64,000 nt of DNA, from NCBI GenBank assembly GCA_048013815.1, contig CM106585.1:10044001-10108000 (forward strand), given 5' to 3'. Positions within the stretch are counted from its first letter, which is position 1. Each line of letters opens with the position of its first letter. The notes beneath the pieces are model-generated. The model was not told the origin of the DNA, did no database searches, and saw only the letters and a program-made list of their open reading frames with translations. The position numbers and the translations under genes are program-made. This DNA comes from Setoptus koraiensis. Taxonomy: Eukaryota; Animalia; Arthropoda. Below are positions 14,676 through 27,853 of this stretch, piece by piece.

Positions 14676-15458
14676 TGTTCCCAAATAGACAACTAATTGA
14701 CAAACGCACACACGAGCAACCAGCGAGTCGGTTCAAGCGATCAATTAATAAATCATCATTCGGCATCATTACGCGCGTTTCACCTGTCGCTGTGCGTCGG
14801 ATATTTATTTATATTGCATTTATGTATATATATTAAATAAATACATAAAAAATATATATTCGTAAACGGGCCATTTGTTCGCGCTGATCGGAGAGGGTCC
14901 GGCCGCGAGGTGGCGCCACGCGCGTATGCAAATAGTCGCGAATAGAGTGGAGAGTTTATCATTGTAGTCGAGAGTTTATCAGTGCCGGTCGAGAGTTTGT
15001 CGTCATTATCGTTGGAGGGTTTATCGTTATGAGAGTGAAGAGTTTATTGTTAAACAAACTGTTGCAAACGAGCCAGAGATGAGCGCTCGGCTGGCAGCGA
15101 TTGTGGGCGCCGTAAGAGCGCCAAAGTGACAGATAAGTGAGAGTGTATCACGAGCGAATTTATTGCCGTCACGGTGCGACCAGGATGAACTGGCATCTCT
15201 CTCAATGGGAACAATACTTAATAAGACACGATAATGACTGCCGATAATCCGCCGGCTCGGCTGGCGCTGGCGCTGGCATCGCTACTCCTACTGGCACTTG
15301 TTGCCGTTAATACACTTGCCGTAATGCCACTAATTGAGATTGAGCACACTGTCGGTGCGGCGCTCGCTGATCGCTGATCGAGCGCCGACACAGCGCCGAT
15401 ACAGCGCTCGTCGCTCTTCGCCTTATCGGCGAAGAGCGACCATCAGGCGAGGAACGGC

Positions 15459-15552
15459 GAGAACGAGCGAACGAGCGAACGAGAGAAGCGACGAGAACGA
15501 GCGAACGAGAGAAGCGACGAGAACGAGCGAACGAGAGAAGCGACGAGAACGA
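15459..15552. repeat. 26-mer purine-rich tandem repeat GAGAGAAGCGACGAGAACGAGCGAAC x~3
   Basis: Direct reading. Confidence 0.85.
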
Positions 15553-15966
15553 GAGAGGCGAACGTGCGCGAAAGAAGCTCGCTCGAAGAACGCGTCTCGA
15601 CCTGTTCTGGCTGGGCAACATCTGCCCACGCTAACGCTGGCAAATAGATTAATTGTAACATGTTATCACTTGCGCGATCATCGCGATTGTTATTGAGCCC
15701 ATCGGAGTTATTAGATAGTTAGATGAATCCAATTAGAATAGGCAACTGCTCAAATTGTGCGCTAACAAAGCCGCAAATATCGCGCAAACGAGCCAGATAC
15801 TTGCCAGTCTGATTGCCAGTCTGTTTGCCAGTCTATTTGCATGTATCCGTAGGCTGTGGCTGGCGTTATCCGACTGGCGTTATCGTATCGCCGGCCGGCC
15901 GCCACTGACAAGTGCCATCAATTGCTCATCGGGGGCAGCCGGCAGCCGCTCATTTGCATTGCTGTG

Positions 15967-15968
<2 letters not shown>

Positions 15969-16008
<40 letters not shown>
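15969..16008. repeat. (GT)20 microsatellite
   Basis: Direct reading. Confidence 0.95.
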
Positions 16009-16009
<1 letters not shown>

Positions 16010-16930
16010 GCCATGTCATATCGGTGTCAATAAAAGTGAAATAAATAAAAAGTAAAACGAAACGACGAACAGCAACGAACGAGAGACGAAGGCGAAAGCG
16101 CAAGAAATGAAAAGAAAAGAAACGACACGAAACGAGCGAAGCAACGAAAAGAAAAGAAACGAAATGAAATATAATAAAACGAAATGAAATGAAATAAAGT
16201 GAATAATCTATTTTGACTCAATCATTAAGTGCGATTAAGCCACACGATTGAGCCAAACAAATGAGCTTGCCAGCCAGCCCGCCAGCCAGCCAGCCCGTCA
16301 GCCAGCCAACGAGAGTGACGCCGCCAGCCACCATCGACAGCCAATTCCAATTCGAGCTACTCAGCCAGCTAAATAGCTATTTAAAATTGTCAGTTCATCG
16401 AGCGCCTAGACAGAGGCGCTGGCAAGTGGCGACCTTGATCCATTGACATCATCTCTTTTCATTCACTTGACTCCATTCAATTGAGTTCAATTCCATTCAC
16501 AATTGGACTCCGCAATTCAATTGGCTGACTCAATTGGAACCAATTCAATCTTATCAACTTGTCATTCCAGCGGTGTGACACGCGCGCTCCCTACCCATTG
16601 TAACCGGCAACATTAAACCAACTCTATCAAATCACCTGTTGTTGTTGCTGCTGCTGCTGTTGTTGTTGCTGTTGCTGCTGCTGTCGGTGTTGTTGTTGTT
16701 GCTGCTGTTGTTGTCGGTGTTGCTGTTGGCGTTGTCAAACAAAAAGACTCGCTCACGTTTTAATTTTCGCCAAGCTCACAACGGCAGCCGCACTCGGCGT
16801 GTGTCGCACTAGCCGCTATTTGTTGTTCACTTTGTTGTTGTTCTTCTTCCACGGATTCCGCCAGCCCGGCCGCCAGTCCGACTGACAGCGATTTCGAGTA
16901 GTTGCTTCCCAGCAAACACACACGCGAGAT

Positions 16931-16958
16931 AGCGAGACACAGCGAGACACAGCGAGAC

Positions 16959-17002
<44 letters not shown>
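16931..17002. repeat. AGCGAGACAC x3 running into (GA)n microsatellite
   Basis: Direct reading. Confidence 0.9.
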
Positions 17003-17003
<1 letters not shown>

Positions 17004-19220
17004 AAACCCGAAAAACAATCGTCGTCGGCCAACGGCAAGTCGCTCGCTCATTCTGTCTGTCGATCCTTATCTCACTCGCGAGATTGTGCAGATAATTAAT
17101 TAATTATTGATCATTATTAGTATTATCTCCCAACAGTCAGTCTGCCAGCGACAGTGTCGCTGCTGTCAAGTTGAGAGTCTCAACCGACAGCGACACTGTC
17201 CCTGTCTCTGGCTGCTTATCGCTGGCGCCATACGCAACAGCTTCCGATTGCGAACACCGCTCATCCAAGCGCCAAGCGCCAGCAACAAAACAACAATTCG
17301 CTGCCAAGACAGTGGGCCCGATAAAGATAAACCGGCGAACAATAAACCAATAGCTGACAACTGCAATAATCGACGCTCGCCGGTGACCTTCTAACTGGCT
17401 AACCGGCAACGGGTGCGCCCAATGTCTAGCCATTTTGATCAAAAATGATGCCAAATGTTGTCTGTGCCGCTCCACTGTCGTCTGTGCGACCATCTGTGCA
17501 ACTGTGGCATAAATGTCGCCCCAAGCGAGCAAGAAAAATGCCAATCAAACACTCTTACTTAGATATTGTACTCTTGATATTGTGCGCTGCGCGGCACACT
17601 CGGCCAATTGTGACAATTGTGACAATTGCGACAATTGCGACAATTGCGACAATTGCAAAAATTGCAAAAATTGCGAGTCCAGGCAGAGATTTGTCATGGC
17701 GCCACTTTGGACAGGGCTTCGTGCCACTGAAAATTGCGTCACCTTAGAGCACTCTATCGAGTGACTTTCTTCTTCTCGCTATTCTTCGCCCATTCTTCAT
17801 GCGTCGAGAATAGTCTGTTGTCGTTGTTGTTGTTGTCGCTGTTGTTGTTGTTGCTGTCGTTGTTGTTGTTGTTGTCGTGCTGCCGTCCTTCTGTTGATCG
17901 GTTGCAGCCCGATGTGCAGCCGATGTAGAGAGCGAATGACAATGAACGTCGCTCGCTCTGTCATTGTTACGCAACATGGGCCGTCACGGCAAGACCGTTG
18001 ACACTGCCAGTGGCGGCCTCATCACTATGGCAACCATAAAATGATAATGGCCGCCTATTGCGAGCGAGCAGAAGCAGCAAAAGCAGCGAAAGCGAAAGTG
18101 AAAGCGACCGAAGCCAACACAAACCTTGCCTAAAAGTAGTTTACAGGTGAGCGCCAATGGTGGCGCCGCCGCCGCCGCAAAAGAACACCTACGGAACAAC
18201 AATTAACAACAAGCCACTGTGCTCTTGACAGTGTGCCCGGCGAACAATGGAACGACTTCTATTCTTGGCTTCCATTATCTGGCTTCGTTTATCTTTTTTT
18301 TCGCTGACTCTTCTGCCATTGACACGCACACACACTCTGTTGAACAGAGTCTGTTGAACAGAGTCTGCTGTGTGCCATGGCAAGTGTATGAATACGCAAC
18401 AGCTTGATAAGACGGCAACAAATTCCGAGATCGCGCGAGAAAGAAAAAGACGAGACAGTCTGACTGAAGAATTCTCGTCGTCTGAGAATGTAAAAAGATC
18501 AGTTTTAAAAAGCATAATTCAATTCAATGTTCAGCGCTATTAGTCCGGACACAACGCTCGCCAATAGAACTCTGGCGAGATGTTCTCTGACAAGTGGCGT
18601 TCGCTCTCTTTTTCCCATTGTAGCGTGCCCATGATACCTGTCGTCGTCCGCTGTTATTGTTGTCGCTGTACGCGTACCCTGAGCCGACATGCTGTGACTG
18701 CAGACGACGACCACGACGATGATGATGAGACGGGCACAGGTGAGTTGAACAATGTTGCACAATGCGTCTCTTGTTGCTCTGTCTGATCTCATCTCGCGCC
18801 TCTCGTAAAATATCGATCAATGTAATCAATCAAACCGATGATAACATCGACCACCAACACAATTCACGATGCACCCAATTGACGCAGCCTAGCTGGCCTT
18901 GCAGCACCACAGCTTGCTGCACCATTGCGTCCATCCGGTCCAATCGGCCCCCATTGAATGGGGGCCGATTGTTGAACCGGAAGTTGCGCGTTGCGACGAG
19001 CGAGCTCTCATTGAACACAACTAGTGGTGAAAATTTGCATGTTTGCATCATCATCGTTTGTGTGCGCGCGAAAATGATTTTGAAATCATATTTTTCAATT
19101 TTTGTCTGTGAGCATCATGTGCGTTAATAGTGAAAGTATCCGGACAACAATGACGCTCAAGATGACACACTCATCTGAAGAGGAGCGGTGCATGAAGGGC
19201 TTCGCCAGGCGGAGTCTAAT

Positions 19221-19318
19221 TGGTTGTTGTTGCTGTCGTTGTTGTTGTTGCTGTTGTTGTTGCTGTTGTTGCTGTTGCTGTTGTTGCTGTTGTTGCTGTT
19301 GTTGCTGTTGTTGCTGTT
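19221..19318. repeat. (TTG/CTG)n compound microsatellite
   Basis: Direct reading. Confidence 0.9.
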
Positions 19319-19523
19319 GGAATGCAATAGTTGAATAGACATACAAACAAACAAGCAGACACACAAACGGACAGACGTGCGTACAACAGGTAACAGGTGG
19401 GCGTAGAGAGGAACAGGTGCGCAGATGGCAGTGCGCATGCGATGAACTGTTGTTGTTGTTGTTGCTTGTCGTGTTGCCTTGGTGATAACGATCATGACGA
19501 GCGTTGTGATGATGACGATGATT

Positions 19524-19554
<31 letters not shown>

Positions 19555-22500
19555 ATCAAGTGGCTGCATCATTAGGTAACACTCATCATCAGCAACAGCA
19601 TCATCATCGTCATCATAATCGGTTGTTGTTATTGTTGTTAGTCGAACAGTTGTAGTAGTTGTAGTAGTTGTATTGGTGGTTGCAGTAGTTGTGCCACCGT
19701 ATCGTCTGGCAACAGCACACACACACACACTTGCGCAACCAGGTAGTAAATAACAATAACAATAATAACGCTAGCGACAGGTGAGAGTGACCATCAGCAT
19801 TAGTGTTTTAGCGCGTGTACATACAACAACGAGCAGCATCATAGAAGCACCTGTTATTATTACCTGTATTTACCTGTGTTGTTATATGTTTATATGTTTT
19901 GCGACAATGTCTGTCATTGCACACTCGTTACACACGCACTGTAATTGTGATTGCGAGCAACAACAACATCATCAGCAGCTTATTAAGCACGAGCAGCGCC
20001 GTTCGAACCGATAACTAATAGTTGTCAAATTCAATCAAGTGCCTCGTCGTCGCACTGGCCACTGTCAGCCATCAGCGCAATAATTGTCGCACCAATTGTG
20101 ACCACCAATGACAACATATGATTGAATCACACACCCCAACAACTGTACAATACAATAGCCACAACAACAAAACCAATTTCAATTCAAATTTAAATTCAAA
20201 TTCAGAATACGCAAATACACAAATGTGACCAAGAAATCAAGCTCACTTGTTAATTGTTGCTGTTATCAATAATTGTTATGTTTCTGTTTAGACACGCGCA
20301 CGTTATTATTTTTTGTTCACCTGTTACCCGTCACTCGTTACACGTTGCCTGTTACACGTTGCCGCTCGCACCTTGTTACTGTTATCACTTGTTACGACAA
20401 CAACTCATTACGACTCATTAGAGAAAATTCTTATTATGCAACAAGAAGCGCATCGTCACTAATTAGCTATCACTAAGTAGCTATCAATTAATTGGCGAGT
20501 CGATCATATTAGGCGCGCGCGCGAGTCTTGTTGCGTTAAGTGCAGTCACTGGATAAGTTAATTCAAGTTCAAAATTTCCACATTGCAATTCGTTCTGTTT
20601 TTGTTTGCATAATTAGTCTTCGTTAATTAGCCGCCTGGTTAAGTTCACCACAAGCAGTTAGTTGTTATTTATATGTTAACTGTTACATTAGGCACTTGGC
20701 ATAAAATTTGTAAAGTTTGTGAAAATAGAAGCGAAAGTGAGAGGCACACAGCAAGCCAAGCAAGGAATAATTTGATCGCAGCATCACATTGCAACGACAC
20801 TGAATCATCGCTGAAAATCAATACCGAATCAATACGACGAATTTATAACGATACAATTAATTTGTATAATTGAGACAACTCAATTGAACAACAATTGAGG
20901 CACACAAGCGACACACAACTAACAACACGAAAACAAAAATCAAAAAACATCATTCACCGGCGGAGGCGCGCCTCAGCAAATTGCGCCAAACAATAGACTA
21001 ATTCACGTTTCATCCGACAGGTGAGTTGATTATCGGTTGTTTTAGAGTTTCGGTGTGCCGTTTAGTGCGATGCTGGCGGCGTCACGGGAGACGGCGCGCA
21101 TCGCACTAAACGGGTTGACACTTGATTGGCGACTAGCGTTGGCCATTATAGGAGCCAGCAAATTATTTATGGTTAGCTGATCAATGGTTGGCTCAATTAA
21201 GTCGTCGTTATTAGTGAGTGATCGCTGGCGAGTGCGCTGGCAAGCGGAAAGTGCCCATGTTAGTATAAGCGCATTTTAGATTGCGACTCTCAATTTGCGA
21301 GCGAGCTTTTTCTTAGAAAAGTGGCGAGATTTTCTTGGATAGTGGCGAGATTTTCTTAAAAAGTGGCGAGATTTTGTCGGATAGTGGCGAGAAGAGACGC
21401 AGACGCAGACGACGACGACAAATACGACAAAGACAGAGCCTAAGAAGAGAAAAGAGAAGAGGTAAACGATCGGCTGATAAACGGCACACAATGGCAATAA
21501 TGTGTGCCCGCCATTGAACCGATATCTCGGTTTTAGCAATCGAGAGAGAGCGAACGGGGCAAAATAACAACATTGAAAGAATCAGTGTATGTTTGGAACG
21601 TTCTCTTCTTTTTGCTCGCCATGTGACCGTGACTGATACGACGACGCCGACCACCACCAGACAACAACAAATCGATTGTTGTTAGTCGCGAGTAGAGTCG
21701 GCAAAATTAGACGACAGTGACATTAGCGAGCGACAGGTTGCTGTTGCTGTTGTTGTCATTGTTGTTGGCTGTTGCGGTTGCTGGTGGTGGCCGCTTTGTC
21801 TGGCTGTCGGCTGGTTAGTCGAGCGCGTTGTCTTATCAATTGAACCATTATAATTTGCAACGAAATTGCGCGATCAGATGAGAGATCAGATGAGCTTGTA
21901 TGTTGTACGTTGTTGCATGAACACGGGACAGATAATAATAATAACAACAATAATACGACACAACGCCAATAATAAATAATTTTTGTCAGCGAGCCATTAT
22001 TGAGCTGGCCGCCAAGCCGGCCACACTTATGCCAAGACCGATGCGCGCCAATTTATCTTGTCGCAATTTATTATTGTCTGCTGTTGGCCAACACTGTTGG
22101 CGATTCGCGAATCCGTACGCCATTTGCACTCTACCCATGCTATCCACACATCCATACTATCCATACTATCCGTATATCCATACTATCCGTATATCCATTA
22201 GCCATTGGTTGTTGCGCTGGTTGTTGCGCATTGTTGTTGTTTCGGCGGGCGCCGAACAACGACAAAATTATTGTATCTAATTGGTGGTTTGGTTGTTGCT
22301 GGCAGCCAAAGGCAAGACGACACAACGTTTGACAGACACTGAGACGCACATTCAATGTCGTTGGCCATTATATATTTTTGTTGCAGTCGATACATTTGTG
22401 CTCTCTCTCTCTCATTTCGACCAGCAAATCAAACCAATTCGAGACTTCAAACAAAACGCAACGCTCAACACTTTATTTTCAGCAACTTTCCCGAACGGAG

Positions 22501-25500
22501 CCACTTAAATAGCCGCACTCGGTCTAGACCGATTCTGTCTGGCACGGCCCACAGCCAATCTGCCACTGAACCCGACATATGTGACCAGAGAGGGCGCCAC
22601 CAAGCGGCGACGCCCCAGCCCCTACGCCAGCCCGAACAGCGGCCCTCACCCGTGACCGGCCCGCCAATCGTCAGTGGCCAGCGCTCCAATCCGGTGCGCT
22701 CCAATCCGGTGCGCTCCGATCCGGGCCAACGGTCAGGCCGAACGGCCGGCCGAATCGTGGCCGCCGGCCGCCGCTCGCCAACCAACCATTTGCGACACAC
22801 ACTCATCATGAGCCTGTGATGACATTCACTTTTCACCTGTCCACCTGTCCGACTGCCCGCCTGTCCGCACTCCAATTCGCTGGCCGCTGTCCGAATGTGT
22901 CCGACAAAATTTTGTCCCGATGACAGCTTCATCACGATTTGCGATCGGGCTTCTCGTCTCGACTCGCCGAGCGAGATGCTGCGCAATGTTTGCCGGCGCC
23001 AACGGGCCAGTGACAGGCGACCAGTCGCATGAGAACCGACCGGCCACTGTCCTCGGCGAGCCGCACCGGAGCGGCGGCTCGATATGCCGAGCGGCGGCTC
23101 GCCGTTGCGGACCGGCGAGACAAGTAACGGAAATTTCGGCCGGTCGGGCTGGCCCGACGCAGCCGAAACTTGTCCGAATCTGTCCGAACTCGTCCGCGCT
23201 TGTCCGAATTTGTCCGCACTCGTCCGAACTCGTCCGAATTTGTGTGATTGCGGGATGACAGACGCTGCGTCGTTATTGAATTAATTGAAGATGAAATTGA
23301 TTATTACCTGTCGACACACACGCTGTCCTTTGGCTGTCGATAATTTTATCATGCTTGTTGGAAGGCTTCGATTGCTGCGTCGATATTATATGTTACATAT
23401 CGTCGATGTTGCGTATCGCATGCATTGTGCAGCGATACACAATATCGACGAGCGAGACAGGATAATAAAGTGCAAGTGACAGAGTTCGGCTGGCTCGCCA
23501 ATGGCAAGATTGGCATTCTCGACACTGTCTGGCCAGACGATGCCAGACGATGCCAGATGATGCATGATGCGAGGTGCACGGTGCTGGCTGGGATGTGTGA
23601 CGCATGATGGGCGAGATGAAAAGAAAAGAAGAGCCCAGAGAAGCCGACAGAAGCCAACAAAAGCGGCGAGAAGCCGAGAGGCGAAGCGAGCAGAAAAAAG
23701 GAAAGAAAAGAATTGGAAAAGAAAAAAAAGATCATTTTTCATTTTTGCGATCACACCGAGCGGCCATTGTTGATGATGCTAACAAGTGGCTGACACTTGT
23801 TGTTGTATCAATGACACTCGACAGGCCTAACAAGCGGCCGACTGAATGGCAATCTAATTGTCGATGATATCTGACAATCGCGAGATGACTCATCAGCCTG
23901 ACAGGCTGTACAAGCTCGCCGACGGCGGCCACAATGGCGCTCACTCACCTGTCGTTGGCGCTGTCGCTGTTGTGCCGCCATTCGGTTCCATTCGGCGCCG
24001 TTCGGTTCCATTCGGCGCCGTTCGGCGCCATTTGGTTGCATTTGGTTCCGTTGGCTTGTTGCGAATAAACCAAGCGAAATTCTTTCTTCAGCTTTCTTCT
24101 TTTTGTCGCCTGAAATCGCCGGCTCCCTGTCGCTGGCCGGCAATTTCGGCCGGCCGAAAGCTGCCCGCCAGCCGGCCACTCAGTCGGCGCCGAACGAAAC
24201 GGCTCGAAACGACACGACACGGCACGAAACGTCGAGCTGATCACTGACCTGGAAAGTTGGCAGTTTTTTCCGAGAGCCAACACAAACACACTTTGTCGCC
24301 GATAGGAGCGCTCGCCGACAGCGATACTTGTCGCCAGTTTCGGGCCACAGACGGCGCACAAATGTCGACAAAGTGATACATTGGATAACTTTCTCTCGGC
24401 CAGCATCCAGCGGCCGATCGGCGGCCCAGCGCCAACAATCGCTCATTTGTTACGTAATTGAGCGAGCGGTCAGCGCCAGTGACAGTGTTCATTTGGCTCG
24501 TTAGTTTAGCTGTCGCTATCGCAAGCAAGTGACACCAGGTGAACACCTTCGAGTGTTTACCTGTATGTGTGACTCATACAGTGTGGGTACGAGTGAAGCG
24601 GATGGTCGTCGTTGTCGCATTGTTGTCGCCGGCCGACACCATCGACAACTTTCTTTGGCGTCGCTTGTTGTCGTTTGCTGTCGTTTGGCGTCGCTTGGCC
24701 CGCTTTCGAAGCGAAGTGTCAAGCTCCACTGACTTTGGGGCAACGGCGCAATAATTGTGATTATTGCCGCCGCCGACAATCGCAAATCTTACACAATCAG
24801 CATGGTCTCGCATGTGTAATAATAAGGCAGTTATTTCATTCATCAGGCCGATTGTCGTCGTGTGCACCGGCTGTTCGCTAACTTGATTGCTGCCGGCCAA
24901 CGTTGTCGGCCAACGTTGTTTGCCACTGTCGTCGCCACTGTCGTCGCCACTGCCAACAGGTAGCGGCGAGCGGCGAAAGTCCCGGCTGAACTTCATCGAG
25001 AATTATCATAATCACTGCCAGCGTCACTGTAAAACCGGCTAACCGATAAAAAAATGTGATATTGTTCTGACCCAGTTAGCGCTCAGTCGGTGCGAGATGT
25101 GCCCGCTACGATGACCCTGTCATATGCTACTACTACATTTAGTTTGGGCTAGGCCGATAATCTCGGCGAGCTGTCAGCGAGCGACAACTTTAAATATTCA
25201 AAGTTAAATATTAAATATATTTAATATTTTAAGTTAAATATTTAATATAATTACAATCGGTATTACGACAGTGTGTGCTGAACTGATGAACATGAACTGA
25301 TTAATATTATGAAAATATTAATGGCTGGCCGCGCGACAACAATCCGTCACTGTGTGCCACTAATGAACTTGACTGACTTGTGAGTCAACCTGACTCACAC
25401 CGGCACTCCAACTGTCGGAGTCCAACAGGCCAATTCCAACAGGCCAATTGCGACAAGTGAATTCCGACAGGCCAATTCCGACAGGTGAATTGACTCAGGC

Positions 25501-26987
25501 ACCGGATTACCGCTAGCCGCTGCATCGATGCGCCCGTAAGTCGGGGCTGCGAGTCGGGGCTGCGAGTCGGAGTAAGTGCTCCGTTTATTGCAACTTGCCA
25601 GTGTCGCTGTTCGCCGACTAATAGCCCGACTAGTTGGCCAATTGTCAGATATACTGTCCGCCGTTATATTAGCATATAATGTCTGGCTATCCGCTCATAA
25701 TATCCGCTGTTGATTTGGCAATGATCTGGCGTCGTCGTCGTCGGTGACCGTCACACCGATTCGACTATTATATTATGAATATTATGCGACTATTCGCGTT
25801 TACGACATATGCACACATCTTTGTGCCGAAACGCCGGCATCGACTAAATCATGCTCAACAATTAGCCACTTTGGGATTGTTGTTCAACCTGTCAAAGTCG
25901 ATCTCTTTATATCTCTCGCTCGCTCGCTCGGTCGGTCGCTGTGTCGGTCGCTGTGTCGCCAATGTCGCGCTAAAAACGTTTAATGGCTCGCCAGTAATTG
26001 CCCCAGCCAGCGCTTTTGGCATTCTGTCCCGACAAGCAACGGGCAGCCGCTCGTTGGCTTGTCGCTGGCTTGTCGGGTTTATCCGGCGCAGGCGCTGAGT
26101 GCGATTCCAGTGCGATCCCACTGCGAGTCGCAGCGCCGACGCAAGTTACCTTGAACTGGCTGCTCCAAGTGGCCACAGTTGAGCGATCCGCCGTCTGGCG
26201 GCGCCCGCTCGGGGGGCGACCGTGCGCTGGTCGAAGTGGCACGAGCTTTATACGCACACTTTTCATGTATGCATATTTATATATTGTGGATATATGACAA
26301 AAAGACTCGCGAATGTGTCCCGAAATGTGACATAAAAGCCGAGCGATTGCGCGACACAAAAGCCGAGCGACACAAATTGAATCTTTTGCTCAATTGGAGG
26401 GCTCAATTTAGACAACGAAAGTCAAGCGAAAATCCTTGACGACGACGTGCCATCACGCAAGCAAAAGTCGCACCAAACATGCACCCGAGTCGCTTGCGAA
26501 CGCGAGACGCCTTGTACGAGCTCGTACGAGTCGCTGGTAATTTGGCCGGGGGCGCAAATTACAAGATGCTCGCCGTCTAGACACAATTAGGCGAGCAATT
26601 AAATTGTCGGCTGTTGTTGCGCAACGGCTACGGCCTCACAACACAACACTATTTTTGTCGTCTCTATTTTGTGTGTGTGTTTGTTAGACAAACAAACACA
26701 ATTGAGATTGGTGTTCAAATTAACACTGTCAGACAACACAATTATGATTATAATGTGTGTGTATGCACAATAATTGTTGCCCGATGAGCGCCATGACGCA
26801 ATGATGAATGAGCGAGTTGTCACTTGTTTCGCCCTCGCCTCTGTCTGTCTGTCTGTCTGTGTTGTGAGGTGCCCACAAGCCGACAAAACTCGCCAACTTA
26901 CCTGTCGCCAACTTACCTGTCGCCAACTTACCTGTTGGCAAGTTTTGTCTGACAGTTGTGAGCCATCTCGTGAGCCATCCATTATCC

Positions 26988-27064
26988 GCTCATAAATAGC
27001 TCATGGATAGCTCATGGATAGCTCATGGATAGCTCATGGATAGCTCATGGATAGCTCATGGATA
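26988..27064. repeat. 11-mer tandem repeat GCTCATGGATA x6 plus one degenerate copy
   Basis: Direct reading. Confidence 0.92.
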
Positions 27065-27768
27065 TACGCGGATATGCACACACGGACATACCTGGATAGA
27101 CACACAACTCGCCACAGTGGCAGCATGATCAACAATAGGTGGCGCAACAATTAACGATATTTACCTGTGGCGCCGTTTGTTTGTTTGCTTGCTTGCTTGC
27201 TTGTGAGAAACATTTGTGCACAGTGTACTGATATGAGTGACTGCTGATGCACCCATGTACTGCTGATACGCTCATGTATGCGCTGATACAATAATATATA
27301 ATGATACAATCATGTTATGCAGACAAACGCAGCTTCCTGTTGGCGAGACGCCCGCGACAAAACAAGCGAAACAAGCGAAAAAATGCCCAATTTCGGCCAA
27401 GGCAGCCAGTGGCCAGCCAGTGAGCGGAAAGAGAAAGCGCATAGCTCACTGAGAGATAAGTGACAACTTACAAGAATTACGTAACTTGTAGAGACAAATG
27501 TTGTCTGGTGTTAGTGTTGCGTAACAGCGCTCGTTGTGTGCACAACATTGAACAACCATCATTGAACAACATTGCGCAATATAATTGCCAATGTACAATG
27601 TACCTATGTAACGCTGACCATGACTATACCTGTTGCCGTATCAGCTGTTAGTAGTTGGCTGCGTATTGCGCAACCGGCGACAAGTGCAAGTGAGTGCAAG
27701 TGTCACCTGAGCTCTAGACTCTCTAGAGCTGCCTCTAGAGTCTAGACGATGCACAGCTGATATATAGT

Positions 27769-27853
27769 GTGGATATTTGTTGTGGATATTTGTTGTGGAT
27801 ATTTGTTGTGGATATTTGTTGTGGATATTTGTTGTGGATATTTGTTGTGGATA
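27769..27853. repeat. 13-mer tandem repeat GTGGATATTTGTT x6.5
   Basis: Direct reading. Confidence 0.92.

Noticed and set aside
27714-27748. Hairpin of TCTAGA words as a possible pre-miRNA
   Set aside because: Stem only ~14 bp, derived from a self-complementary stutter; no conserved miRNA mature sequence recognised anywhere in the window.
26988-27853. CRISPR-like arrays
   Set aside because: Units are directly adjacent without unique spacers, the context is eukaryotic, and there are no cas genes.
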